Shown: positions 17,326-27,159, numbered from the stretch's first letter. The stretch is 34,713 nucleotides of DNA from a candidate division WOR-3 bacterium (GCA_049969615.1 JBMFOM010000009.1:1-34713), one strand, 5' to 3'. Notes: a model not told the origin generated them from the letters alone. Numbers and translations are program-made.

Positions 17326-19581
17326 TTATCTGAGCACCATCATCTTGCCCATCATGTAGTCGCCGCTGGGCACGGTTATCTTGTAGAAGTAGATGCCCGA
17401 GACAACCCTCTGTCCGTTGCGGGTCAGAAGGTCCCATGGCTCTGTTCCGGAGCCGACTCCGCCCTCGTCAACGCCTGACCTGTGCTCAAGGGTCTGGACC
17501 CAGTCGCCGGACATAGTGTAGATGTCAATCCGGCATGAAGGCGGCAGGAACTGGAACTCAACCTTCTGAACCACTTCTGTCGCTGTCCAGACGGCCGAGC
17601 CGAGGAACGGGTTGGGAACGACCCTTACCTTGTCCTTCCAGTCGTCGCCGGAGGACTGGGTGATCATGTTCGTCGGCAGGGGCGCGCCATCAGATGACTT
17701 AAGATAGTTGTCCTTTGCGCTCTCCAGGCTCACCAGCTTCTCGTCGTCCCAGTCAAAAGCGGTGACCGCGTAATAGTAAGGAAAGCCTGGCTTCGGGCCC
17801 TTTGGATCAGAGGCGTAATCCGTGAACTGATGGGGGGTGGTGTCCACATAGAAGGTTATCTGGTCCTTTGTGTTGGGCCAGAGGTCGTTCTTTATCTCCT
17901 CCCTGATGCTGTCGGGTATGCCCGGCTTGAAGAACACCGCGATGGGCGGGTCCCTGAACTGGGGCGAGTAGATTGACCTGTAAACCGCATAGCCAGCGAA
18001 ATCTAGCTTTCCGGAGACCGGATCAGGGGTTATCTCCGCCCTCTTGTCCCAGACAAGCTTTATGCCGTCTGGGTTCGCAGTGTAAGACAGGAATGGCGAT
18101 ATGGGAGGCACGGGTATCTGCCAGTGCGGGGACTCGTTGGGGCCCGATGGGTGCGCTGGATCATATCCCGAACCGGTATAGTAAGCGATGAGCCCTATAT
18201 CCACAAGGTTCCTCAGCCCGGGCATCCATTCGCCACCACGCCAGTAGTTGTCATTTCCGCCGGAGAGGCCCATGCCAACAGCCCCTATCCAGACGATTGA
18301 TATGGTGTCTCCGCTTGCTATGGTGAACGGGCCATAGGAGTTGACGAACCTGTAGTCAAATTCCTTCGCGCCCAGGTCATAGGGCATGGGAGCGAACCTG
18401 TAGTTGCCTGTGGAGTTATGATGGCCTGTCAGATACTGATACCGGGATTCATCCGTTGGTGGGTCAGACTCCCAGTTCCACCACTGGTGCGCGAAGGCCC
18501 TGCTTATCCTGAAGCTTGGGTCTCCGGGGTCAGTGCTGTCCGTGGGGGTTCCGCTGGTGTAAATAGCGGCCTTGCCGATGTAGCCAGCGCATGCGCCATT
18601 CTCACCTATGTCCGGGTTAGGGTCAGCCGGGTTCTCGGAGTCCCATATGTATGAAAGGTTCCTGGGCAGGAGATAATAGTAGTAGTATGTTCCGGAGCCA
18701 TCAGGCCTTTCATAGGAGAACGAATCGGGCATCACGCCGCCGTTGTGCGCGTCGGCCCAAGCCTTGGTTATAGCTTTCTCGGCGTCCTCGTCCCCCCAGA
18801 TGATATAGCCATCGGGTATGCCATCCGCGCCCTCAAGGGTTGTGTCAGAGAGGATGCAGAATGAGTCCTGCTCGGATGGGTTGTAGCTGAGGTTGTCCCA
18901 CTCGTGGAAAGTGTAGCCATCAAACGCGACCAGGTCGTCTATGTGCGGGTCAGTTGGGTCGGCGCCGCAGTTATCAGCATCATATACCCAGGCAACATAG
19001 ACATTCTTAAGCGGATCTGGCGAACCAGCATCGTTCTGGCTTGCGTCGTAGGTTATCAGGTACTCAGAGGCAAAGAGGTCCCCATATGGCTTATGCGGCC
19101 AGGAAAGGACACGCTCAATCACCTTGAGGCCAAGGTGCCGGCCCGATGCGTTATGCTCGTTGTCCAGGAAGTCGTGGTATATGGCGACCACATCCAGGGC
19201 TGATTTTCCAGGGCCAACGAAAAAGAAGCCGCCGACCGTGTTTTCCGGGGATGGACACCACTCCCACTCGCCGTATTCGGTCTGGGTGACGAAGGTGTCC
19301 GGGTCATCCGTGCCGACCCAGAACTTGCCCTGCCACAGGTAATAGACATTCACGCCAGGCGCTGAACCAGGCCAGGAATAGGATGCTTTTAGCTCGTTGG
19401 GAGCGTCCCCGTTTTCGCCTCGGTTCCACACGGTGTTCCAGAGGTCACCCTTGTCCATCACGTATTGGGCCGCGTCTATGCAAGCCTTGCAGAAGGGGAC
19501 ATAGCCTCCATCAGACTGGCCAATAGTTCTGGCCAGCGCTAGGCCGGAGACCAACAGAAGAGCCATTAAAGCCTTTTTCAT
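17326..19581 (-). CDS. Secreted TBDR-associated protein with an FN3-like domain and a T9SS-like CTD
   Basis: Signal peptide, FN3-like IKLVWD...DFAGYAVYRS...YYYAVTAFD, and CTD VRVVPNPF...IDIYTMSG...WDLLTRNG..VVSGIYFY...GKMMVLR. Confidence 0.8.
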   Translation of the reverse strand: MKKALMALLLVSGLALARTIGQSDGGYVPFCKACIDAAQYVMDKGDLWNTVWNRGENGDAPNELKASYSWPGSAPGVNVYYLWQGKFWVGTDDPDTFVTQTEYGEWEWCPSPENTVGGFFFVGPGKSALDVVAIYHDFLDNEHNASGRHLGLKVIERVLSWPHKPYGDLFASEYLITYDASQNDAGSPDPLKNVYVAWVYDADNCGADPTDPHIDDLVAFDGYTFHEWDNLSYNPSEQDSFCILSDTTLEGADGIPDGYIIWGDEDAEKAITKAWADAHNGGVMPDSFSYERPDGSGTYYYYYLLPRNLSYIWDSENPADPNPDIGENGACAGYIGKAAIYTSGTPTDSTDPGDPSFRISRAFAHQWWNWESDPPTDESRYQYLTGHHNSTGNYRFAPMPYDLGAKEFDYRFVNSYGPFTIASGDTISIVWIGAVGMGLSGGNDNYWRGGEWMPGLRNLVDIGLIAYYTGSGYDPAHPSGPNESPHWQIPVPPISPFLSYTANPDGIKLVWDKRAEITPDPVSGKLDFAGYAVYRSIYSPQFRDPPIAVFFKPGIPDSIREEIKNDLWPNTKDQITFYVDTTPHQFTDYASDPKGPKPGFPYYYAVTAFDWDDEKLVSLESAKDNYLKSSDGAPLPTNMITQSSGDDWKDKVRVVPNPFLGSAVWTATEVVQKVEFQFLPPSCRIDIYTMSGDWVQTLEHRSGVDEGGVGSGTEPWDLLTRNGQRVVSGIYFYKITVPSGDYMMGKMMVLR

Positions 19582-19596
19582 GAAAAACCTCCTCGT

Positions 19597-22500
19597 CTAT
19601 GGTTTCCAGAAGAACTGGATGCCCACCCTGGTTACCCTTCGGGCGTTATAAACTGTCGGGTCCCTGACCTCACCCTCTGGGTCACCGAAGTAGTAGAAAT
19701 ACTGGGAGTCGTTGAAACCGGTTATGTAGTGCTGGTTCCAGATGTTGTAGATGTCAGTGAAAACCCGGGCGTCCAGGTTCTTGAACCCGAAGTCCTTGTA
19801 AAGCCTCATATCCCAGTTGGAGTGAGGGGTCATGCGCAGTGTGTTCATGAGTTCCAACGCGTCTCGGATGTCCCTTATGGGCGGTGACCACGGAGTGCCA
19901 CTGCCATAGGTGTATATAGCTGAGATACCGTAGCCAGAGGTCAGCATGTTGGCCTCAAGCGGAACCGCCCATGTGAAGATCATGCTCAGGCTGTGGCGCT
20001 CGTCCCAGTCCAGGTAGTGCTCCTCGGAGTAGGAAAGCGGCAGTCTCGCCCAGGAGTAGGAGTAGGAGCTGAACGGGGATGAGAAAGAACCCCTCGCGAG
20101 CTGGAAGGTGTAGTTCAGGTCATAGGAGAAGTACGGGAGGAACCCTCCGGGCATCTTTGAGAACTGGAGCTCAAATCCCCTTATGGACGAGAAGTCCTGA
20201 TTCACGAAGGTCGTGTAGTTGCGGCCGGTCTCCAGGTCATATCGGACTGTCTGGACCAGGTCGAATATGTCCTTGTAGAAAGCGGTGAAGTCAACCACCA
20301 TCTCTCCGGTGAACGCGTGCTTTACGCCCACCTCATAGGAGATGGTCTTCTCGGGTTTGAGTCCGGGGTTGCCCATCAGCGGGAACGCGCCGTTCCACAT
20401 GTAATACTGGTTTGTGTAGAGATACCTGAGCGTGGGCTCTTGGAAGTAGTGACCATAGGTGAAATGCAGGACATCGCGCTCTGTTATGGGGTGGGATATG
20501 CCGACCCTGGGGCTTATATACGAGTGAGATGGCGCGCGCTCCGGCGCCAGGAGGAGATAGGTATCCCTGACCTCAGGGTTGTTGACCCAGACGGAATCGG
20601 TCGCGGAAATTGTCTGGGTGGTTTTTACGGGGTGCCATGGGTCCTTCGGAACCCACGCGTTGGGGTTGAAGTAGTCAAACCTGAACCCCACATTGGCTAT
20701 CATGCCCTGGAACTCCATCTTGTCCCTGGCATACAGGGCCATCTTGTATGGCTTGGCGTTGACCTCGTCGGTGTATATGTTGCCGCCAGAGGCATAGTCT
20801 ATTGAGTGGCGGTCAATGTGGTGCCTGACGAACTCAAACCCCAGTTTCATCTCGTGACCCTTCAGGTTCGCGAAGTCCTGGGAGACCAGGTCAGACCTGA
20901 AGTTCCATGTAGTATAATTGGCGTTAAAATACACACTCCGGTTCCAGGTGTACATGTTCGGGGTGTATATGTTGCCTATTCTCTGTAGGGTGTCAACGGT
21001 TATGCTGTCCAGAACCGGGTCAGACACATCAAAGGTCATCGTGTCCCCTATCCAGTCAGCATAGGCGGAATCGCCGCCGGTCACTACGCACACAATGTAG
21101 TCGGAGTTGTAGCGCCCCACCGAGAGCGAGGGGTGGAGCCCGGTCATCTGGGACTCCCACCAGTACATGTTCAGCTCAACCCACTGGGAGTCCGGATCCC
21201 ACTCCCTTATCCACGAGGGATCAACATACTTGCCTATGAGCGCGAGGGCCTTTGGATCAACCTCGGGATAGCCGTCGTTGTCCCTATCCGCGAAGTCGTC
21301 CATCCCATCCATGTCCATGTCCTCATAGGTATCCACGTGGGTGTTGAGCTTGTATAGGCTACCCCTCGCCTCCAAGTATGTCTTGGAAGAGAACAAGTAG
21401 TTTATTCCCCCGACATATTGTCTGCTCTTGTTGGAACTGACGGAGAGGTGGCTCAGGGCAATCCTCCAGCCGGCATCGTATTCACCTTGGAGTTGCTGGC
21501 TTCCGACGGTTGAGAAGAACAGCTTCAGGGAATTGGTTGGGGTGAAAGTAACCTTCGTCTGGTCAGAGAGCTGCTTGTTGCTGTTGCCGGGGAAATGAGT
21601 CCCGTCCCATGTCCAGTCCCAGGAGGTGAAGACCTTGAGCTTGTTCTTGCTCATGGGAATGGGTGTGCCCAGGCTGAACTGGTAACGGGTCATGTTCTCT
21701 TTGTGGTCAATGGGCAGGGTGTATTCGCCGTCCTTCCAGTACTGATTGTAATAGAACGAGGGTATCTCCGTGTTCTTGATACCAATTGAGTCGTAGGCCT
21801 TCCACCTGGCGTTCTCGTATGCGAATAGCGAGTCATAGGAATAGGGGCCGTCAGAGCGCATGTAGTCCTTGGTGAACCACTTCATATATGGGTCGCCCTT
21901 GTTGGAGTTGAATATGTCTCCTGGCAGGGCAGAGGTTCTGGCGGTGAAGTTGAACTCCGGCTTGTTGCCGCCCTCCTTGGTGCTCACCGAGACGACGCCT
22001 GAGGCCGCTGAGCCGTACTCAGCGCCAAATCCTCCCTTGGACACCGAGGTTTCCTGTATTGCGTCAAGGGGAAGCCGTGTGGCCTGGTAGCCAGTGTATG
22101 GGTTGCGTATCTCAGCCCCGTCAACCACGAATGCAACCTCGCCGGGGCGGCCGCCGCGAACCTGGAGATAGGCGCCATACTGCTTCACGCCTGTCTGAAG
22201 CAGGATGGCTTGTTCCACATTGGACACGGGCATGGCGGCTACCTTCTCCGCGCGGATGTTGGTCACGGAAGCAGTGACATCCTTCTTTATGATGGGTTCT
22301 TTGGCTATCACTTCTATTACCCTCATGGTTACCGCGCCGGGCTCAAGCTTGAAGTTCAGCTCAACGGTCCTGTCCGCGTCCACCTTGACATTCTTGTATG
22401 TCATGGCACCATAACCGACCATCTGTGCTGTGATGGTGTAGGTGCCCGGCGAAACGCGCAGGATCACGAAATAGCCGTTCTCGTCAGCAGCCGTGCCCTG

Positions 22501-22650
22501 TCCTGTTTCCGTTATCTTGACGCTCGCGCCAGCGAGGGGGTCGCCGGTCTCGGAGTCGGTTATACGGCCAGCTATCTTGCCGTATTCACCGGCCCAGGCC
22601 AGGCCGCCCAGCACTGACATGAGCGCCAATATCCTGGATAGTTCTTTCAT
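19597..22650 (-). CDS. TonB-dependent receptor with an N-terminal carboxypeptidase-regulatory-like domain
   Basis: GKIAGRITDSETGDPLAGA N-terminal domain, plug QVRGGRPGEVAFVVDG...GGFGAEYG, barrel SPRVG and GNPGLKPEKT, and C-terminal DIYNIWN...RVGIQFFW. GGAGG spacing favours ATG 22650. Confidence 0.93.
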   Translation of the reverse strand: MKELSRILALMSVLGGLAWAGEYGKIAGRITDSETGDPLAGASVKITETGQGTAADENGYFVILRVSPGTYTITAQMVGYGAMTYKNVKVDADRTVELNFKLEPGAVTMRVIEVIAKEPIIKKDVTASVTNIRAEKVAAMPVSNVEQAILLQTGVKQYGAYLQVRGGRPGEVAFVVDGAEIRNPYTGYQATRLPLDAIQETSVSKGGFGAEYGSAASGVVSVSTKEGGNKPEFNFTARTSALPGDIFNSNKGDPYMKWFTKDYMRSDGPYSYDSLFAYENARWKAYDSIGIKNTEIPSFYYNQYWKDGEYTLPIDHKENMTRYQFSLGTPIPMSKNKLKVFTSWDWTWDGTHFPGNSNKQLSDQTKVTFTPTNSLKLFFSTVGSQQLQGEYDAGWRIALSHLSVSSNKSRQYVGGINYLFSSKTYLEARGSLYKLNTHVDTYEDMDMDGMDDFADRDNDGYPEVDPKALALIGKYVDPSWIREWDPDSQWVELNMYWWESQMTGLHPSLSVGRYNSDYIVCVVTGGDSAYADWIGDTMTFDVSDPVLDSITVDTLQRIGNIYTPNMYTWNRSVYFNANYTTWNFRSDLVSQDFANLKGHEMKLGFEFVRHHIDRHSIDYASGGNIYTDEVNAKPYKMALYARDKMEFQGMIANVGFRFDYFNPNAWVPKDPWHPVKTTQTISATDSVWVNNPEVRDTYLLLAPERAPSHSYISPRVGISHPITERDVLHFTYGHYFQEPTLRYLYTNQYYMWNGAFPLMGNPGLKPEKTISYEVGVKHAFTGEMVVDFTAFYKDIFDLVQTVRYDLETGRNYTTFVNQDFSSIRGFELQFSKMPGGFLPYFSYDLNYTFQLARGSFSSPFSSYSYSWARLPLSYSEEHYLDWDERHSLSMIFTWAVPLEANMLTSGYGISAIYTYGSGTPWSPPIRDIRDALELMNTLRMTPHSNWDMRLYKDFGFKNLDARVFTDIYNIWNQHYITGFNDSQYFYYFGDPEGEVRDPTVYNARRVTRVGIQFFWKP

Positions 22651-22690
22651 CAGCACAACCTCCTTTCTTTATGCTACATTTGTTTTTGGT

Positions 22691-23353
22691 TTATTTCAGT
22701 TTGAAAGCAAAGGGTATGTTGACCCTTACCCTCACCTTCCTGTCCCCCATCTGTCCTGGAGTGAACCTGCATTTTTTCGCGGCCTCAAGCGCTGGGCCGT
22801 TGAAAACTTCGTTTGTTGACTGGAGTATTCGCTCTGTGCCGGGGATAACCTGTCCGTTCTCATCAACTATGACCTGAACGGTCACCCTGCCCTCTATGCC
22901 GGCGTTCCTAGCTATCTCCGGATACTCGGGCTGGCTGAACGAGGTCATCTCAGGCGGACGCTCCACCGCGTAAAACTCATAGACCTCTTCTACCTTCGGG
23001 GGCGGAGGTGTTTCAAACTCGGAGAACTCTACGGTTGTCTGTATGTCCACTTCCTCTTGCTGGGTTTCCTCCTCTCCGGCCTCGGCTACCTCAACCTGGA
23101 CCTGTGGTTTTGGCGGAGGCGGAGGGGGTTCCTCTATGTTCTCCAGTTCGGCCATCTCCTCTATCCTGGTCACATTCTCCACATTCTTTTGATATGGGCT
23201 TATCTGCAGGCCCTTCACGAACATAAACATCAGGATGAAAGCGACCAAGGACACCGTCAGAGCCAGCTGGACATTGCGGGGGTAATCATCCTCAAGCTCC
23301 AACCCCTTCCGAACTGACAGCAGGCTCATGAGCTCATCTTTCTTTTCCTCCAT
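22691..23353 (-). CDS. tonB: Energy transducer TonB
   Basis: One TM, a Pro/Glu-rich linker, and TonB_C PEYPEIARNAGIEGRVTVQVIVDENG...FTPG...IPFAF. RBS GGAGGTG favours ATG 23353. Confidence 0.92.
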   Translation of the reverse strand: MEEKKDELMSLLSVRKGLELEDDYPRNVQLALTVSLVAFILMFMFVKGLQISPYQKNVENVTRIEEMAELENIEEPPPPPPKPQVQVEVAEAGEEETQQEEVDIQTTVEFSEFETPPPPKVEEVYEFYAVERPPEMTSFSQPEYPEIARNAGIEGRVTVQVIVDENGQVIPGTERILQSTNEVFNGPALEAAKKCRFTPGQMGDRKVRVRVNIPFAFKLK

Positions 23354-23385
23354 AAAAATCACCTCCCGGGTTCAGGGGTTTGCAT

Positions 23386-23415
23386 ATGATAATTGCAAAG
23401 CGAGCGGCGAGTCAA
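23386..23415 (-). promoter_or_regulatory. Possible internal promoter for tonB-TBDR
   Basis: Minus strand TTGACT-18 nt-TATCAT. Confidence 0.4.
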
Positions 23416-23434
23416 GTAGCTAGGAGGAACCATC

Positions 23435-23851
23435 CTATTCTCCTATCTCCGGCAGGGTGGCGAAGACCACCCGCAGGGCGCCCGCATCCCTGAGGGATTC
23501 TATGGCGTCGTTGACGCTCTTGTAGCGCACATTCGCGTCGGCCTTTATCACAGTGATGAGGCCAGGGTTCTCGGCTATCTTGGTCTTGAATATTAGCGTC
23601 AGCTTTCCGTGGTCGGGTATCACATTGTCGTCCACGGCAATCTTGCCGTCCTTGTTTATCCAGAGGAAGCTGAGGTCCCTCTGTTTGCCCAGACGTTCTG
23701 TTGCGCGCGCTGTGGGGAATATGACCCTGAGGCCACCTGACCTTCGGAAGACCGTGGTGACCATAAAGAAGATCAGGAGTAGGAAAGCGATATCTGACAT
23801 GGACGCGGTCGGGATACTGACGCGCACTTCCTTCTTGCGCTTTATCTTCAT
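23435..23851 (-). CDS. exbD: ExbD/TolR biopolymer transport protein
   Basis: IPTASMSDIAFLLLIFFMVTT with the conserved TM Asp; IKAD..V.Y. Confidence 0.92.
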   Translation of the reverse strand: MKIKRKKEVRVSIPTASMSDIAFLLLIFFMVTTVFRRSGGLRVIFPTARATERLGKQRDLSFLWINKDGKIAVDDNVIPDHGKLTLIFKTKIAENPGLITVIKADANVRYKSVNDAIESLRDAGALRVVFATLPEIGE

Positions 23852-24270
23852 GGTCCGGCCTCCTGTTTTATCACCCCAAGGGAGACGGCCTTTGCCCCGG
23901 TCAACTTGACCTCGTCAAACACATCTATCATGCGCTTGTATGGGGCAAGCTCGTGAGTCCTTATGAGTATGACTGCCTTGGGGTTTTCCTCCAGCTTCTT
24001 CTTGACCTCTGTCTGGACCTCCTGGAGGGTTATCTTTTTGTCGCCCGCGAACACCTCGCCTTTGGGATTGATTGATATGACGAGCATCTTCTCCCCGCTG
24101 AGCTTGACGGTCTGGGCCTGGCGCTCTGGCAAGAGCAGTTTCAGGCCCTTTTCGCGGGCAAACACGGTGGTGACCATGAAGAAAATTATTAGAAGGAACG
24201 CGATGTCAGCCATAGAGGCGGTAGGGATCTCCGCCTCTTCCTCTCTCTCGCGCTTTCTGAAGCCAACCAT
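23848..24270 (-). CDS. exbD: ExbD/TolR biopolymer transport protein (second paralog)
   Basis: IPTASMADIAFLLIIFFMVTT. Confidence 0.92.
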   Translation of the reverse strand: MVGFRKREREEEAEIPTASMADIAFLLIIFFMVTTVFAREKGLKLLLPERQAQTVKLSGEKMLVISINPKGEVFAGDKKITLQEVQTEVKKKLEENPKAVILIRTHELAPYKRMIDVFDEVKLTGAKAVSLGVIKQEAGP

Positions 24271-24271
24271 A

Positions 24272-24907
24272 TCACATGTATTCCTTGACCACGCCCTTCT
24301 CTGTCAGATACTCAATGAGGGCGTTGGAGGCTTCTTCTATCTTGCGCTGGTAAGAGTTGGTTTTAGTGGCGAAGATGCTGTAGAAAAGCGAAACCGGCGC
24401 CGCGATTATCAGACCCGTGGCAGTTGTTATCAGCGCTTCCGAGATACCGGATGCCACCAATGTGGGTTCAACCTCTCCAGCAAGGGCTATTGCCTGGAAG
24501 GCGCGGATCATCCCGGTGACCGTTCCGAGGAACCCAAGGATGGGGCCGAGCGTAGCGCAGGCGGCCAGGTATATCATTCCCCTGTCCAGGAAAGCGAGTT
24601 CGGAGAGGGCCTTGCGGACCATGGCCTCCTCAACAACAACCCTGCCCCTTTGGGTCTTTTCAAGGCCAGCGGCCAGGACCTTGGCCACCGGACTTTTGTT
24701 CTGGTAGAGGTATTCAAGGGCCTCCTTGATTCCCTTCTCCTCTATGATCTCAATGACTTCCTTTACCATCTTTTCTGGGTTTGCCCGCGCGGATATGTAG
24801 AGGGAGAACAGCCTTTCTAGTATGAACACGAGGCCTATTATGGCAATGGCCAGGAGGGGCCACATCATTGGCCCACCCTTCACGAAGTAGTCTATCAGAC
24901 CCGTCAT
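24272..24907 (-). CDS. exbB: MotA/TolQ/ExbB proton channel protein
   Basis: GGPMMWPL, GPILGFLGTVTGMI and GISEALITTATGLIIA. Confidence 0.93.
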   Translation of the reverse strand: MTGLIDYFVKGGPMMWPLLAIAIIGLVFILERLFSLYISARANPEKMVKEVIEIIEEKGIKEALEYLYQNKSPVAKVLAAGLEKTQRGRVVVEEAMVRKALSELAFLDRGMIYLAACATLGPILGFLGTVTGMIRAFQAIALAGEVEPTLVASGISEALITTATGLIIAAPVSLFYSIFATKTNSYQRKIEEASNALIEYLTEKGVVKEYM

Positions 24908-25006
24908 CTTTTCTTGCCTCCTAACAGCTTTTGTCCGGCCGAAATTTTACTCCAGATCCACCGGTTGTTGCAAGTTGTCAATCTCTGGTTAGGGGTACTC
25001 CAGGAG

Positions 25007-25063
25007 TGGACAAAGTGCCCATAGTTCAAACCAGTAGGTTATTACTACTTTATCAGAGATCTC
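25007..25063. repeat. Dispersed ~57-bp repeat A, copy 1 (possible MITE/IS end)
   Basis: TGGACAAA...CAGTAGGTTATTACTACTTTATCAGAGATCTC aligns colinearly with 33294-33349. Confidence 0.7.
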
Positions 25064-25088
25064 GGAGTCTCAACTGTTGCCAGAATGT

Positions 25089-25117
25089 TTGATCCTGTGC
25101 GGGCAGTAGGTTATAAT
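25089..25117 (+). promoter_or_regulatory. Promoter (TTGATC cassette copy 2) of the OmpA-family gene, probably leaderless
   Basis: TTGATC-CTGTGCGGGCAGTAGGT-TATAAT with the ATG 6 nt downstream. Confidence 0.7.
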
Positions 25118-25123
25118 TAAACG

Positions 25124-27112
25124 ATGTTCCTGGGTATTGCGCTTGTCCTTTCCCTTGAGCCAAAAGGACCTTTGGGCAAGGATACCCTCCGTGGGTTTGA
25201 GAGCTTTGAGGCTGAGCTCAGAAGGGGAAAACTGGACAGGGCACTGGATAGGGCCCAGAAGTGGAAAACCAAGGCACCGGAATCCTTCTTCTCCTATTAT
25301 AACTTGGCTCTCGTTTATCAGGCTATGGGCGAATGGGAAACGGCTATTGTCTTATATGACTCCGCTTTCTGGCGAGCGCCCGACAACAAGTCCGCGGCCT
25401 TTGTCCGATTCAATCAGGCCTTCTGCTATGAGAGCGTCTATGAATACGGGAAGGCAACCGATGGTTTCAACGAATACCTGGCGCTTCTAGCACGGATGGG
25501 GGTTTCGGCCCCAGATAAGTCCGAGGTCATGGCCAGGTTGGAGGAAGATGATGACCTCGCCAGGGTCATCAGGAGAGCACCCACCGACATAAGGGTTATG
25601 CCTGTTCCCGGCCTCACGGAGCCAAACATTTCATACGCGATTTTATCTGATGGTAGGGGAGGGGATTATAGCCCCGTGATAACCGTTGACGGCCGCAGGA
25701 TGTATTTCACCTCCACCAGGAAGTCCGGCAAGGGTAGGGAGGACATCTGGACAGCGGAGCTCGGCCCCGATGGTCGGTGGACTGGCGCCAGGGATATTTG
25801 GGGACTGAACACCCCGGAGTCAGAGGGCGTATCCGGCGTATCCGGCGATGGGTCTGAGATATATGTGGTTTATTACACGGAACGTTTTCCAAAGGACAAG
25901 GGGGTCAGGGAGGGCATGGGAAACATGGACATATTCTCCGTCAAGAGAATACCCGGCGGATGGAGCCAGCCAGAGAACCTCGGGCACGCTGTGAACAGCA
26001 AGTCCTGGGAAAGCCACGCTTCGGTTTCGGCTGATGGCTCTGAGATATACTTTGCCTCAACCAGGTCAGGCGGACTGGGCGGTTCTGACATATGGGTCTC
26101 TCGGAGAAAGCCGGACGGGACATGGTCCGAGGCAGAGAACCTCGGTTCCCCTGTGAATACCCCCGGCGACGAGCTCTCGCCCTTCATCCACTGCGATGGC
26201 AGGACCCTCTATTTTTCATCCAACGGCCACAGGGGATTCGGTGGTTATGACATTTTTGTTGCCAAGAAGGAGTTTGGCGGATGGACGAGGCCGAAGAACC
26301 TTGGCCCGCCATATAATACCCATGATAATGACCTTTTCTTTACCATACCTGCGTCCGGTCGCCTCATTTACTTTGCCAGGGCCGATTCCGCGGACGAGAA
26401 ACGAAACCCAATTTATCACATATACCAGGCAGACCTTCCTCCGAGAACCACTGAGACCGCTGATGTTCTTCCTGAACCGGTGACCTTGATAAAGGGCAAG
26501 GTCTTTGATAGGCTCACGGGCGCGCCCGTTCCAGCGAGGGTGGGCATAGAGGACTTGAAGGAGGCCAAGAGGGTTTTCGGGACCCAGACAGACAGTGTGG
26601 GCGAGTTCTACACCGTATTGCCTTCAAAGAGGCTCTACGGCATAACAGCGGAGGCTCTCGTCGGCAACTATGCATTCTACTCCGCGAACTTTGACCTAAG
26701 GTCCATGTCCGACTACCAGGAATACCGACTTAATGTTCCCTTGACCCCCCTGGCTCAGGGCGCCACATTCGTGATAAACAACATATTCTTTGAGTTTGAC
26801 AAGGCCGACCTTTTGCCCGAATCAAGGCCAGAGCTGGACAGGCTCGTCAGGTTGATGAACACTTATCCCGCGATGAAAATCTCAGTTGAAGGCCACACGG
26901 ACAGCGTTGGCACATACGAATACAACATGAAGCTCTCGTCCCAAAGGGCCGAGGCCGTGGTTAATTACCTGCTGGCCTCCGGAATATCTAAGGAAAGAAT
27001 CAGCTCAGAGGGTTTCGGCTACACCAGGCCCATCGCCTCAAATGACACGCCGGAGGGAAGAGCCCTGAACCGCCGGGTTGAGATAAAGATAACGGAGTTC
27101 CCCACGAGATAA
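25124..27112 (+). CDS. PorE-like TPR + PD40 (WD40-like) propeller + carboxypeptidase-regulatory-like + OmpA peptidoglycan-binding protein
   Basis: TPRs (YYNLALVYQAMGEW), repeats DGR.MYFTSTR / ENLG..VN / GG.DIW, KGKVFDRLTGAPV, and OmpA_C IFFEFDKA...EGHTDSVG..YNMKLS.QRA...NRRVE. Confidence 0.88.
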   Translation: MFLGIALVLSLEPKGPLGKDTLRGFESFEAELRRGKLDRALDRAQKWKTKAPESFFSYYNLALVYQAMGEWETAIVLYDSAFWRAPDNKSAAFVRFNQAFCYESVYEYGKATDGFNEYLALLARMGVSAPDKSEVMARLEEDDDLARVIRRAPTDIRVMPVPGLTEPNISYAILSDGRGGDYSPVITVDGRRMYFTSTRKSGKGREDIWTAELGPDGRWTGARDIWGLNTPESEGVSGVSGDGSEIYVVYYTERFPKDKGVREGMGNMDIFSVKRIPGGWSQPENLGHAVNSKSWESHASVSADGSEIYFASTRSGGLGGSDIWVSRRKPDGTWSEAENLGSPVNTPGDELSPFIHCDGRTLYFSSNGHRGFGGYDIFVAKKEFGGWTRPKNLGPPYNTHDNDLFFTIPASGRLIYFARADSADEKRNPIYHIYQADLPPRTTETADVLPEPVTLIKGKVFDRLTGAPVPARVGIEDLKEAKRVFGTQTDSVGEFYTVLPSKRLYGITAEALVGNYAFYSANFDLRSMSDYQEYRLNVPLTPLAQGATFVINNIFFEFDKADLLPESRPELDRLVRLMNTYPAMKISVEGHTDSVGTYEYNMKLSSQRAEAVVNYLLASGISKERISSEGFGYTRPIASNDTPEGRALNRRVEIKITEFPTR

Positions 27113-27159
27113 TGGCGAGCCTTTTATTCCCTGCCTTTTTATCCCTTTTTGAGACCTCT

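Noticed and set aside
23963-24820. Long antisense ORFs (this 285-aa one, also 5980-6765, 5374-5979, 10050-10733 and others)
   Set aside because: They are shadows of well-supported genes on the opposite strand, with Ser/Thr-rich composition typical of antisense frames.
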